A stretch of 64,000 nt of DNA from the human T2T-CHM13v2.0 reference genome, Homo sapiens. Position 1 is the first letter of the stretch, and the number at the start of each line of letters is the position of its first letter. The position numbers and the translations under genes were made by a program. Below are positions 1 through 26,082 of the stretch, one piece after another. Below the pieces are notes generated by a model. That model was not told the DNA's origin and ran no database searches. It saw only the letters and a list, made by a program, of their open reading frames with translations. The stretch lies in the NCBI RefSeq assembly GCF_009914755.1, contig NC_060942.1; one strand, written 5' to 3'.

Positions 1-198
1 ATATTCTCCTAAGGAGCACACAACCTGGATACCTCGCACGCACAGTTCACAATAGGGTTCGAGCTTCTATGAGAATCTAATGCCACTGCTAATCTGGCAG
101 AAGGCAGAGCTCAGGTTGTAATGCTCACTCAACCACCACTCACCTTCCTAACAGGCTGCGTCTGTAATGGTCTGTGGCCCGGGGATTGCAGACCCCTG
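1..198. mobile_element. MER1B-like hAT-Charlie DNA transposon (partial)
   Basis: cagttcacaatagggttc...tatgagaatctaatgcc...terminal gacccctg matches the MER1 consensus. Confidence 0.8.
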
Positions 199-2168
199 CT
201 CTAAAGCATTCAAACGGTACACAAATATTTTAAGGAAAATAGAGTCTGCTCTAAAGTGTGTGGTATGCTAGAGAGTTCATATCAAGGACTATCGAGAGCC
301 AAGCTGTCCAATATTCAGGAATCTTACAAGCTGGTTGATGAAACCTCTGATAGCCTGAAACTGGCAAGGTGGGAGTACTTATAGCACAGAAATTTGTGTT
401 TGGGGGGTTTTTTGAGAGCCAGTTTACCAGCACACCAAATTCAAGTAGTAACATTTGTCTTCCGTTTTCCCAGCCATTTCTCCTTTTCATTACCCTGGTA
501 AGAAAGGCTGGCTTCAGTCTTCTCTTGCTACAAGCTAGGTAGAATCTGTTCCAGTCTCAACGATCTGAGACCTATTTCTGGGTATTTCTGTCTGCAAGAG
601 TCAAAAGGTAGCTCCACTCTCCTTACTCTCCAGCATCCAAAGCCTCACCACCCTATTTGAGCACCTATCAGAACCAGGGCTAACATCATTTTATCTTGTG
701 TCCTCACTGACATAAATCAGTACAGAAGCCAGAGGCTCCCACTGCCCATCTCCCAGAAGGCTATGCCTCTTCTGTCCCCATCTTCTATGCCTACTGCCCA
801 CCCCTCCCCACCTCTTGAGAGGCTTCCGGTGTAACCTCCAGAAGTAACGGTTCCCTAGATCTTTAACATCTCTGAAGGCCCCCCTCCACCTTTTTGCTCC
901 AGACTAAACCTGAATCTCCTCAGGATCAATGTTGGTCCTCATTGTTCTTTCTGTCACAGTTATCAGGTTGCTGAACCTGGAACTGGGAGGAGGTCCTTCT
1001 TGCTCCTCACTGATGCTTCCTCCCCACCCCTCCCTCCTCTTCCCAGCCTGGAACCAGAGGTCCAACTACCATATACCAACTGTCTCCTTATCGCTGCCAT
1101 CTGTTGCTCCCCAAGTTACCCGTTCTCCTGTCTCAAGAATTCTAGTTGCCGGTTTACTGTCACTCTTCTCTCTCAATTCTTGGTGATTTTAACATATGTA
1201 TGCCTGACCCTTCCAATATTGTGGCCTCTCCTGTCTGTGAGCTCCTCTACCTAATGATCTTGTCCTCCACCTGATCTCAGACATCCTTTAACAGCCTCCA
1301 CCTATCTTTCTAGTTCATTCCCTCTAATATTTGACTCCAGTAATCTTTCAACCCCATCAGGCCCTACCATCCATTGATCTTAAGTTATATTTACTTTCCC
1401 TCATTCCTCACCCCTATGCTCTAAACTTCCTTCTTAAGCAGGTTAAATTCTAAGATCAAACATTGTAATAATTTGCCCTTCAATCCCTTGCCTTTTCTCT
1501 CTTTGTACTCATTTGGACAGAACACACACTGGTTAAATCTACCTCTTCACTGCCTCCCCACCTGCATTTGTATAGCTGAATGTGGCTAGAGTAAAACACA
1601 GAAAACTATACTGACTGATCTTGCCTTAAATTCATGACCCTGAATCTTGTGTGGGTCATTAATGCTCCCCCCAAAACCACGCATTTCCTTGGTCCACTCA
1701 CTCTCCCACTGTCCTTGGTGACTATAACTTCTCTTCTTCCCTCCTGAAACCTGATACCTCTTCTCTCATCCTCATTCTCAATGACCCTGCTTTCCATTTC
1801 ACTGAGAAAACTGAAGTAACCAGAAGAGAACATCCACAAACCTCCCACCATCCCATCTCAGCACCTCGTAGCATCTTTTGACACACATACTGTCTTCCCT
1901 CCTGCCACTCTAAGTGGACTACCCTCATCCTGTGCAAAGCCGAGTCCCCATTCCTTTACTTATGCTCCACTCCACATCATATCCCCTCTCGCCAAGGTAA
2001 TAACTCTCCAACAATTCTCTACTCTCCATTCTGCATCAATAATTTTCCCTTCTATACTGGATCGTTACTGGTGCAACAAACAAATATGTTATTGTTTCCA
2101 TCAATTAAAAACAAAAAAACTTGCTAGGGTCCCACTTTCCTCTCCAGCTACCCTCAAATTTCCTGCTC

Positions 2169-2982
2169 TCTGGGTTATCCAGCCTCCATGAAGGCCCCTA
2201 ATGGCCCCCACCCTCTTGGTATTCAGGTTCTTATGCAGTCCCCTCCCACACTGTGTCCATGTGATCAACAGAATACAGCAGAATAACGGAATGTAACTTC
2301 CATACATGGTAGCTTCTCTCTATATATCTTGGATCATCCTCTCTGAAAGAAGCTGGCTGCCTTGTCAGGAGGATACTTAAGCACTCCTATGGAGAAGAAG
2401 CCTATATAGTAAGTAAGAAACTGAGGCCTCCTGCCAACAGCCAGATGAAGTGAGCCATCTCAGAGGCAAGTTCTCCAGCTCAGGTCAAGCCTTCAGATGA
2501 CTGCAGCCCTGGCCAATATATTGACTAAAACTTCACAAAACACTGAGCCAGAATCACCCAGCTAAGCCATTCCTGAATTCCTGACACACAGAAACTGAAA
2601 TAGTAAATCTTTGTTGTTTTAAGTGACTCTTAAGTTTTACTTTGTTTTTGTTTTTTGAGACAGGGTCTTGCTCTGTTGCCCAGGCTGGAGTGCAATGGCA
2701 TGATCATGGCTCACTCAGCCTCAACTTCCCAGGCTCAAGTGATCGTTCCTGCCTCAGCCCCTGGAGTAGCTGGGACTATAGGCGTGCACCACCACATTAA
2801 GCTACTTTTCTTTTTTTTTTTGTATTTTAGTAGAGAAGAAGTCTCACTATGTTGGCCAGGCTGGTCTCAAACTCCTGAGCTCAAGTGATCCTCCTGCCTC
2901 CGCCTCCCAAAGTGCTGAGATTACAGGCGTGAGCCACTGTGCCCAGCTTAATTTGTTATGTAGCAATAGATATCTAACATAC
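2169..2982 (+). mobile_element. MLT1E/F-type MaLR solo LTR with an antisense AluJ inserted at about 2641-2948
   Basis: gaaactgaggcctcctgccaacagcc, gtcaagccttcagatgactgcagccc, cccagctaagcc; the LTR end aatttgttatgtagcaatagata resumes after the Alu. Confidence 0.8.
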
Positions 2983-3502
2983 ACACCCTTTACAAAAAAA
3001 TGCCTCAGTAACTTTTATTTATTCACTATCTCTGATTTCTCTCCTCTCTTCTCTTTGAAACCCACTCCAATAAGCCTTTTGCCCTCACGCTACCCAGCTA
3101 CCTGCTTGTCAATAACCACTATGTTGTCAAACTCAATAATCAATTCTTAGCTTTCCTCTTACTTGACCTATCAAGCAAGATTTCACACGGTTGATCACTT
3201 CTTCCTCCATGAAACAATTTACTTGGCTTCCTGGAGAAAACACAGAAAACTATACTGACTGATGTTGCCTGAAATTTATTTACATTCATGGGCCCTGTGG
3301 GTTTCCTTCTCGCTTTGTGGCCACGCCTTCTTAGGCTTCTTTGCTGGCTCCTCCTGTCTCGCCATCCTCTTAATGCTGGAGTGCGCCAGGGCTCAGCCCT
3401 TAGCCCTTTCCTCTTCTCTATTTACCCTCATTCCCTTGGTGATTTCAATAGTTTCATATTTATATAGTCTTACATGGCCCTTAAGGCCCTATATCCTTAC
3501 TA

Positions 3503-3648
3503 ATCAAACTGTGGTCCCAGGACCAGTAACTTCACCGTCACCTGAGGGTTTGTTATCTCTGACCCAACTCAAGATCTACCAAATCAGAATCTAAATTTAA
3601 CAAGATCTCTAGGAAATTTGTATGCATATTAAAGTTTGAGAAGCACTT
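3503..3648. mobile_element. MER5A-like hAT MITE
   Basis: caaactgtggtcccaggaccag...aatcagaatct...aaagtttgagaagcact. Confidence 0.7.
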
Positions 3649-4452
3649 CTTTTGTGATCTGCTACCCTACTCCTCCCCTGACTACATATCCTAACTCACC
3701 TGCCTCTAACTGAGATGACATCTTCGCCACTGCAGGTGCATGGCAGGTGCATGCCCACCTCCAGGCCTGCCAATACTGATCTCTCTGTCTGAAATGCTCT
3801 TCCCCCAGATATCTCAATACCTTTTTCCTTATCTCCTTCAAGACCTTGTTAATCTATAACTACTTTGGGAGGTGTACTTCGACCACCTTGTTAAAAATTG
3901 CAAACCCACCATCACTACCACCATTATGCTCCCCATCACAGGGCCCTATTTTACTTTCCATAGCACTCAGCACCTTTTAATGTACTACAGTTCACTTATT
4001 TATCCTATCTATTATGTCTCCACCCACTATATTACAAACACTTGAGGGCTGAGATTTTTATCTGTTGTGTTCACTGATGTATCCTATATCCTAGATGAGA
4101 GCCTGGACACAGCATGTGCGCAATAAACTTTTGTTTTTTAAAGTCTTGTCTTCAGTTGGTTCTTCAAGGACTTAGTAACCAAGTCTCTGACTAAGGTGCC
4201 ACTGAAATCTACTTTCTTCATTAGCAGGGTTATTCTCATAAATCTTTCTCCCTGTGTCCACCTGGAATCTACTGTGTGTTTGTGAGAATATTCATCTACT
4301 CTGACTAGCCTTTTACCAGACCCTTTGACATGCTGCTCCCGGCTCCCCACTAAGCCTCATAATTTTTAAAGACAATTCAAGACCAAAACTTCTCTTGTCC
4401 CTTCAAACATCTCATTTCTTAAATAGTTCTATTCCTTCTTCTCTCTGCTCCT

Positions 4453-5378
<926 letters not shown>

Positions 5379-5495
5379 TCTAGATCAGTCCCAAACAAAA
5401 TAGCTCCTTCCTCCCTGCAAGAAACTCTTTCGCTGGTTTTTATTTTAATAAGCAGGAGACTGGGAAAGAAGGGAAGGGAATGCAATATGCAATTA

Positions 5496-6543
<1,048 letters not shown>

Positions 6544-7691
6544 TCCCAAATTTTAAGATAACATTTTTCAAAGACAAGAAATTTGGTATATTTAAATGAC
6601 ATTAAAATATAACATTATTATCACCTGTAAAAATTCATCAAGCTATAACTTAATGATCTGTATACTTTCTCAGTGTTCTGTACTTCAATAAAATGTTCTA
6701 AAATACGCTAATGCCAAATAAATCAATTGTACACAAACCAAATTATTTCTGTGTTTTAAGAAAAAGAAAATTCTTGCTCTTGCTTGATTCCTAAAATGTT
6801 AAAGGAATAAAATAAAAGAGTCCTCTCCTTTCATTTCCTGCCTTTAGAAGTCAGAGTTCAGTTACGGATGATTTAAATACTATTCCTTCTCATAAGAATC
6901 TCCTTAGCAACCTTTTACAGCTTGTCATGAGTTGCAGAATTCTCTCAATCTTCCATTCTTCAAATGGCCTGTGTCCCCTCTAGAACAAACTATTTTAAAA
7001 CAGAAAACTTAACAAGCTCTTCGTTTTTTTTTTCCAGGAATAGAGGTATTAACAAGCTCTTTGAAGAGAAATTTTAAGGCAGTCTCACAGTCTCCTTCAA
7101 TTCTTTTGCCAGCTTCTACCTTCTAAGCATTCTTCCCTCTTCCCTTCCCAAGGTAAAGTCACATCCTCTGTAAAAATAACAGTGGCCTCTTCCAAAGATA
7201 TCTGGTAGTCATTACTAAAGTTTGTTTGTGGTGTAGAATGGAGAAAATGAAAAGAAAGCCCTGGGATCAGGTGAAGAGAGGAAAGGAAAAGGAAAAAGAA
7301 GGCCATAAGCCACGTGATCCTCGACTCCATCTGGAGTGGAGAGTCTAGATATCAGCTGAAATGGAAAAGCAAAGGACAGAGAGAAGGGAGGATAAAAGAC
7401 AGGCCAGGATCCAGGGAAGTGGGTGATGTGACCAGGCACAGGGTGTTGAGGTTTTACTTGCGGGTGGGTGGAAGGTAGAAGGTCCCAGAGCAGCCACAAG
7501 AGAAGAGAAAGTTGAAGAATTTTTAAAAGGGAATTTTGATAATTTTAGTAAGTGTTGTTACAACCTATAAAATGGATCTACTAAGATCCTTTGAGAGATG
7601 TTTTTAATTGCATTACTGTGCTTACTTACAGGCAGTGGTAGTGCGAAGGCGGAGCCCTGCCTCATAATTGACCCAATGTTTGAATTCATAA

Positions 7692-10850
<3,159 letters not shown>

Positions 10851-12850
10851 GCAAGAAAATAAAAAGGCATCCAAATTGAAAATTAAGTAATGGTATCTCT
10901 ATTCACAGATGACATAATCTTATAAAAAGAAAATCCTAAGGAATCTACTGAAAAAACATTAAAATTAATAAATGAATTCAGCAAGGTAGCAGGATATATG
11001 ATGAATAAACAAAAATCAGCTGAGTGCAGTGGCTCATACCTGTAATTCCAGCACTTAGGGAGGCAGAGACAGGAGGACACCTTGAGCCAGGAGTTCAAGA
11101 CCTGCCTAGGCAACATAACAAACCTGTTCTCAAAAAAAGGGGGGAATTCCCCTTTTTTTGGAGTCAACGAAGACCTAAATAAATGGGAAGACATACTGTG
11201 TTCATGGTCTAAGGCTTAGCATTGTTAAATGCGATAATAACCAAATCCATTTATAGATTAAAGGCAATCCCTATGAGAATTCCAGCTGGTTTCTTTGTCA
11301 GAAGTTGAGCTAATTCTAAAATTCGTATGACAATCAAAGGACCTAGAAGAGCCAAACAATCTTGAAAAAGAACAACAAAGTTGGGGGACTCACACTTACC
11401 AATTTCAAAACTTATTTAAAAGCAAGAGCAATCAAGGCAACATGGCACTGGCACAATAGAACGGAACTGACAGTGCAGAAATAAACCCATACATCTATAA
11501 TCAACTGATTTTCAATCAGGGTGATAATACCATCCAACAGGTAAAAAATATTTTCAAGAAATGGTGATGTGTCTATTAGATATCCACACATAAAAGTATG
11601 AAGTTAGATCCTTTCCTCAAACCATATACAAAAATTAACTGAAATCGATCAAAGACCTAAATATAAGAACCAAAACTATAAAACTCTCAGATGAAAATAG
11701 GCATAAATCTTCATGATCTTGGATTTGGCAATGGATTTTTAGATATGGCACCAAACCCCACAAGCAATAAAATAAAAAATAAATACACTGGACTTGATTG
11801 AAATAAACTTCATGCTTCAAAGGACACCATCAAGAAACTGGCATGAAAATCCACAGAATGGGAGAAAATATTGGCAAATCATGTATGTGATAAGAAATTT
11901 TATCTACACTATATAAAGAACTCTTACAATTCAATAATAAAAAGAGAACCCAATTTTAAAATGGGCAAAGGTCAAGGCTGCAGTGAGCTGTGATTGTGCC
12001 ACTGCACTCTAGCCTGGTGAGAGAGCGAGACCATGTCTCTTAAAAAAAGGGGGAGTGGGGGGCAAAGGATCTGAATAGTCATTTCTACAATGGTCAACAA
12101 CCACATGAAAATAGGCTCAACATCATTAGCTACCAGGAAGATGTAAAGCAAAACCACATGAAATACCATTTTACATGCACTAGGATGCCCAGAATCAAGA
12201 AGTCAGATAATAACAAGTGTTGGCAAGGATGTGGAAAAATCAGAACCCTTATACACTGAGATGTCAAAAGATAGAGTTACTTTGAGAAACAGTTTGGAAG
12301 CTCTCAAAAAGTTAAAATATAGAGTTACCAGTTTACTCAGAAATTCTTCTCTTAGGTATATATCCAAGAAAAATGAAAACATATGTCCACACAAAAATTT
12401 GTACATGAAAGTTTATAGCACCATTACTCATAACAGCCAAAGGGTAGAAACAATTCAAATGTCCATCAACTGATGAATGGGTAACAAAATACAGTATATC
12501 CATACTATGGAATATTTGGCAATAAAAAGGAATAAAGTACTGATACATGTATGACATGGATGAACCCTGAACATTATGCTAAATGAAAGAAGCCAGTCCT
12601 AAAATAACCTATGAGTCCGTGCATATGCAATGTCCAGAATAGGCAAATCTATACATATAGAAAGTAGATTAGTGATTGCTGGGGCTAGGAGGTGATAGCT
12701 AAAAGGTACCACATTTCTTTATAAGGTGACAAAATGTCCTAAAATTGTGGTGATGGCTGCATAACTCTGAATATCTCAAAAACCGCAAATTGGGTAAGTG
12801 GGTAACTTGCATGCTTTGTGAATTATATCCTAAAAAAGTTATTTTTAAAA
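10851..12850 (+). mobile_element. Old L1M (L1MB-like) ORF2 3' part and 3' UTR, with a FLAM (about 11018-11135) and an Alu fragment (about 11971-12045)
   Basis: aaaggcatccaaattg...ctattcacagatgacataatc; caacaagtgttggcaaggatgtggaaaaatcagaaccc-like motif; aaatgtccatcaactgatgaatgg; 3' UTR motifs. Confidence 0.88.
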
Positions 12851-13321
12851 AAATTAGAAACATCATCAAAAAATTAGGAAATGGTCATAAACCGAGGAAA
12901 TTATCTAATTTTGCTGATAATGGGTTTTTAAAAACCTTATTTTAATATCTGCTAAATACAGTAAAATCTCCACCAAATTGAGAGAATATGTCGAGACACC
13001 ATACTGAACTGCAGAAGCTCAATTAGCCTCCACCTAAATGACTCATCCATCTCTACTCCCTAATCCCCAGATCTATCATACTGACTTCTCTCCACGTCAC
13101 AGGCCAGCTACTCCTTCAGTCACCAGGCATTTCTGTTCCTATGCTTACCATGGGTCAGTTGGGTTTGTTCCCAAACCTATTTATACAACTGCACCACTAT
13201 TATTATGGTACCAATTAATTAAATGATGTATAAACTGATGAAATAATGAGTGTATAAAACACATCTGTGTAGCGTGGGAAATACAAAGAATGTAAGAAAA
13301 CAGCAGATGAACAATACATAA

Positions 13322-15846
<2,525 letters not shown>

Positions 15847-16727
15847 TTACTCCCAGATAATTTGAGTTATTCTGAAATCCTTTGCCAGACATATAACTAT
15901 TATTTGTCTTCAGATATAGTAAAAACTATTCAAAGGAACACTACTTGTATAAATTATGTATCCTATGGTCAAATCATGTCCCCTGATAGACATCTATGAC
16001 TGTAACCCAGAAAGGTCATTTTAGTAATAAATGCCAACTGGGCGGGGGTGGGGGAAGCATGACTGAATTTCAAATATGCCAAGTGACTGTCATAATGTCC
16101 TAGTCTATGTCTGATACATGAAATCTAAGTGGAGATTATCTATTCATCACACTACAATGATCCCTCTGCCAAGACCTCTATTAAAATTGACACTCGGAAG
16201 CGGCAACTCATGTACAGACACAATTTCCTCTGAGGACGTACAAACTGATTTCCACACCGTGTTGCGGCCATGGGAATTCAGGTGTGTTTGGGGTCTTTAA
16301 TCCAAAAAGACAGAAAGTAGAATGCAAGCATTCCTAAACATTCCTCTTAGCCTGCTGACCAAGGAGAAAATGCTGTTGTTACCAGCAGTTACTGGAGTTT
16401 ATTCTTCCAGTCCTCTTTGACAATACATTTCATCATTTTAACTTCTTGTGATGCAATTCCATTTACAAACCCATAAAGCGTAAGATCAGGCAAAGCCATC
16501 TGCTAAAAGAGTAGATTCAATAATAATTGCCTTGTTGTTTCTACAAGATATTTTAAGATTTAATTAGTTTGGTATCAAATACTATTTCTCAGTCACATAA
16601 AACAGCCTCATTTATGCAGCTAAAGTTGTGCATGCATGCAAATATTTTCATGTGTGCATAACTACTACTTTCTTCTTTCAGGTTGGATTTTTTAGTTACT
16701 TTTGAAATTAAGGGCTACCCATTGTCA

Positions 16728-17056
<329 letters not shown>

Positions 17057-17699
17057 CTAATTGTCACCTAAACGAGCCAGAAGGTAGAATCAATTATGGG
17101 TAGTGAGCTGATTTAGCTAAAGACAAAAAAAGACATTTTAAAATGTTATACTCCGTATAAAGCAGCAAACCCCATTTACAGCGTTTAGTAGTTTATTTTA
17201 GGATGCTCAGAAAACATTAAAAATTGATATAGCCCTGTTTGGGTCAAAAACTGTACATAACCAGATCGAGGTCCAAGAGACTATGATGTATTTCTTGGCT
17301 TCTCTCAAGATCTCTGGGTCCCCTAAAGCAGATTTGACTTTCCAGGAGGTTCAACTATATAGAACAATTCTTGAATCATTTTGAGTAATTTGGAATCAGA
17401 CTACTTTACAAGTTCCTACAGTACAGACCCTGTCCTCATCTAAGAGGTTGAAGGTTCATGGACTGCGTTAACACTTTTGTCAAGGTTACATCTAACAGGA
17501 CTATATCCGTTGGCTATAAAATGCCAAGAACTGAAGTAGCTGCAGTTAAGAGGCATATAAGGAGATACAAAGGCATCTCATTATTCCAAATAAGGCACTA
17601 AATTAACCATCAGCATTATGTAGATACCTTACATTGCAGATACAGGCTGAATAAAGAAAAGACAAATATATGAAAAGTAAAGAGATAAAGTGGTTCCGC

Positions 17700-17854
17700 A
17701 ACTTTCTGGCTATGTCGGCTTGGGCAAATTACTTAACCTCTCTATATACTTAGCTCTCATCCCTAAAATGCAAATAATAGGATCTACTTCATACATTTGC
17801 TGTGATGATTAATTAATGTCTATAACAGTACTTGGAATATAGTAAGCTGTAAAA

Positions 17855-17857
<3 letters not shown>
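17700..17857 (+). mobile_element. MIR (target of the L1 insertion)
   Basis: cttgggcaaattacttaacctctct...ctcatccctaaaatgcaaataatagg core. Confidence 0.7.
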
Positions 17858-17885
<28 letters not shown>

Positions 17886-18061
17886 TTTGCCCAGAGGATG
17901 ATCATTTTTAATTTAAAAAGATTGTTAACAGGTCTGAACTCTTTTGTTATTTACATAAACAAAACAAAATTTTTTGACTGAGAGTAATTAATGCCTCTTA
18001 ATTCAAACTAAATATTCTTTTGCTTCAGAGGTGGACAGAGAAACACTCTTCTAATTGTAAA

Positions 18062-19856
<1,795 letters not shown>

Positions 19857-20559
19857 AGTAAGCTGTAAAATATTTCTTCAAGATGCATGTGGGAATGAAA
19901 CACAGAATAGGTACTTATGCCCAGTATACATGAACTTTATTTCTGAGATGTGAACATGAGTCTTTTTAATAGTTTCCCTCACTAAAGCTTAAATGATTCT
20001 ATGGTACAATTTTTACAAACCAGTTCTATCAAGATTAAAGTAATGATAAAAGTTCATTTAACTTTATATAATACTTTAACCTATTCCACTTAAAATACAG
20101 TTAATCCCCCAAGGGAACAGGATTGTTCTAGTTATTCATTTAACCTTCTTTCCTGCTGAAGGGAAAGGGCCTCTGAGTGCTACATAATTAGTGGTGATTA
20201 ATAGGAGACAGGAATGTGATGAAATTTGGAAAGCTGGAAAAAAACCAATGTAAAAGCCTCAATTAAAATACATGGAAATTCAAATCAGTTCTGTTTTAGC
20301 ATTTTCAAATATTTAGCAATTTTCTTCAAAAGTAAGATTATAATCCACAAAACTATTTAAACAATGGCAGTAGGAAAAATTTGTAAAATTGGAATAAAAG
20401 CTACCCTTAAATCTGGGTCTGAACTGCTTCCTTGACAGGCAAGCGCCTACGAGTACAGGTTAGTCATTCAAGAGTTTATAAATTAGTAGTCTGAGCTGTG
20501 AGCCACTACTAGGAAGGGAGAAATATGGGTCACACGCTGTTTAAATTACATGTCCTTTT

Positions 20560-20770
20560 CAAAACTGTAAGAACAACATACAGATCAGTGGCTAAGAGGG
20601 GCTGGGAGGAGGGGCAGGGCTAACTACAAAGTGGCATGGGGGACGTTAAAGGGGTGACAAAACTTGATTGTAGGGATAGTTAACAACAAAATATCCTTGT
20701 CAAAACTCAAAGAATTAAATAAAAAGGTAAATTTTACTGTATGTAAATTATACTTTCAAAAAGCAGAAAA
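20560..20770 (+). mobile_element. Old L1M 3' end fragment
   Basis: cagatcagtggct...gtcaaaactcaaagaatt...aaattttactgtatgtaaattatac. Confidence 0.65.
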
Positions 20771-21364
20771 AGTTATAGGGAAAAATTAAATTGCCTATTA
20801 AAGTAAAAAAATTTGCATGTCATTTAAAACAAATCATATGAAAGATTTCCATTAAGGAGTTCAAATGCTGGAAAATACTTAGTATAATCAAGTATATTAA
20901 AACATTTTCCAAACAGTAAGAAATAAGGTAAAATACTTGATTTTAAGAAACATTAGCTTGAGGTAAAAGATCACATAAAAGTTAATCAAATACCTATATG
21001 TGATTTCACTGCTTTCTCAGAACTCATAATTTTTAATTTTTAAGAATATGGTAAAAGTGCTAAAAAAGTTATAATTAAAACTACAAAATAATTCATAACA
21101 TGATTTTTATGTACTACAAAAACTATTAAAATTAAAAAGTTGAACAATTGATGTTCTCTATTTCAATTCTATGACTTGATGAGGGTCCTAAAACCCCAGA
21201 GAGATAAAGAGATTTTGTTCTCCCTGGGAGTCTGTAAGCCTTGCTTAAGAAGGACTTCCTTCTTGCTCCCAGGAAACCTTACACTTCCCAACCAGGAATG
21301 ACACATAATATGCTGCACGTATAAAGCTAGGCTTGATGCTGAATAAAATGTAAATAATTTTTAT

Positions 21365-21655
<291 letters not shown>

Positions 21656-22129
21656 AATTTTTGCAGCTATCCACCCTCAATGGAGAATCTGAGGCAGAGA
21701 AGCGAGAAGGAAAGGGAGGCCCCATGAGCTGAGCCTGGGCACAAGGGCCACCTAACAAGGCCTCTCTGAATTCAGAAAGGCTGAACAGGCTGCCCCAGAA
21801 TGGCAGCCAGCCTCTTCCTTCAGGCAGCTTATACTAGCAAGAGTTGGGTGAGGGGTTTACAGAGGGAATGGCAGAAATAGAAAAACAATTTGTTTTGCTC
21901 AACAGAAAAATAATTTAAGAGCCAAGAGAGGCTCTAGTAGTCAGTCCCCTTTGTGACCCCGTATAACCTCAGTCTCAGAAATGAGCCTGCCTTCTTGCTG
22001 ACAAAAAGAGCCTTAAACCCATATGGCAAGGATGCCTGGGCTTCCTGCTGCCTACCCCACAACTCTAGTTTCCTCCTACCTCCCTATTCTGTTTCTTAGG
22101 AAGAAGTACCTCTGCCATCTGTGCTCTCA

Positions 22130-23245
<1,116 letters not shown>

Positions 23246-24305
23246 CTACTCCAGACAACCATCGTCTCCCATGTGTTCCTGGGTCTGCTTCATTAGATAA
23301 CCACTCTTGAACCTGGCTCACGCACTCCAGGCTCCCTCACACCACCACCACCAAATGGCCCATCGTCTCTAACCTAAAACACAACAGAAAACTTCCTCCT
23401 TATGCTGTTTTTTAATTCCTTCTGTCATTTCACCAAACTTCTAAGAAAAAGTAGTTCCCTCTGGCTCTACCGCCTCACCACTCCTGCTTTTTGCTATCTT
23501 AATTACCAAAGTAATACACAGATACTTTTTTTTAAATCAAACAATATGGATAAATGACCATCCACAATCCCAATCTCCTCCCCACTGATAACCACTGTTA
23601 GCCCTAGAAAATACCTATTTTTCTGAATTAAATCAATATCAGATTGAAATTTTTGTTTCCTTGTGTTTTGCCCCCTCCAAATTTTTACTTTTTTTTTAAT
23701 TCTGAAAAACTTCTATTTAGTTAGATTCCAATTCTTTTGGTGACCTATGTTATGGATCAAATTATAAGGGCTGTCAATTAGGAGATAAAATGAACTAATG
23801 CTTCTTTACAAAGTGAGTACTAAACTAATGTTAAGATCATGTGGATTTTATGACAATATAATAAAACGATAATTAGATAACTGTGCCTTGTATGTAAAAT
23901 CTTCATATTTCATTACCTAAATGCAGATGAATGCTGACTATATTTGTATCATCTTAATTCACAATAGTGCATTTAAGGTTTATGAAACATTTTAATATAT
24001 AGTATCTCTTTAAAAATTTCATAAGCTATGAGGTTAATACAAATTACCATTAACATTTTATAGATAAGAAAGACAAAGTTCTGGAAGAAAAATTACTTAC
24101 TCAAAATTGCATAGCTAGAAAAATACACACCCAGAAACCACAAAACTTACCTCTTCTGACTCAAATCAAATCCCACCCCTTTGTGTCATGTTGAATAGTA
24201 TATCAAAAATTCTAACAATATAAAAATATTAAGTTCTTGCCTTTTTAGATCTAACTTGGAAAAAATTGTCCCTCCTTTCAAAGTTGAATAGAAAATGCAA
24301 AAATG

Positions 24306-25983
<1,678 letters not shown>

Positions 25984-26047
25984 TCAAGTTAGTCTAAACA
26001 GGACTGCAAAGCTGCTTTACTAAGAAATATTTGAGTATTTCACTTAC

Positions 26048-26082
26048 CTCTGTTTCCATACATTGTGAATATCCCAATTTAC
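26048..26082 (-). CDS. SPIRE1: SPIRE1 coding exon 2 (35 nt, (G)KLGYSQCMETE)
   Basis: Minus strand reads ttttcatttttattacag|GTAAATTGGGATATTCACAATGTATGGAAACAGAG|gtaagtg. Joins exon 1 in frame to give ...PPVAGKLGYSQCMETE, the known Spire-1 continuation. Confidence 0.96.

Larger units (their letters stand above)
1150..4137 (+). mobile_element. Old L2 LINE, interrupted by MLT1, Alu and MER5A
   Basis: Pyrimidine-rich L2 ORF2-like sequence; L2 3' end motif gcctggacacagcatgtgcgcaataaacttttgtt near 4100-4135. Confidence 0.7.
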
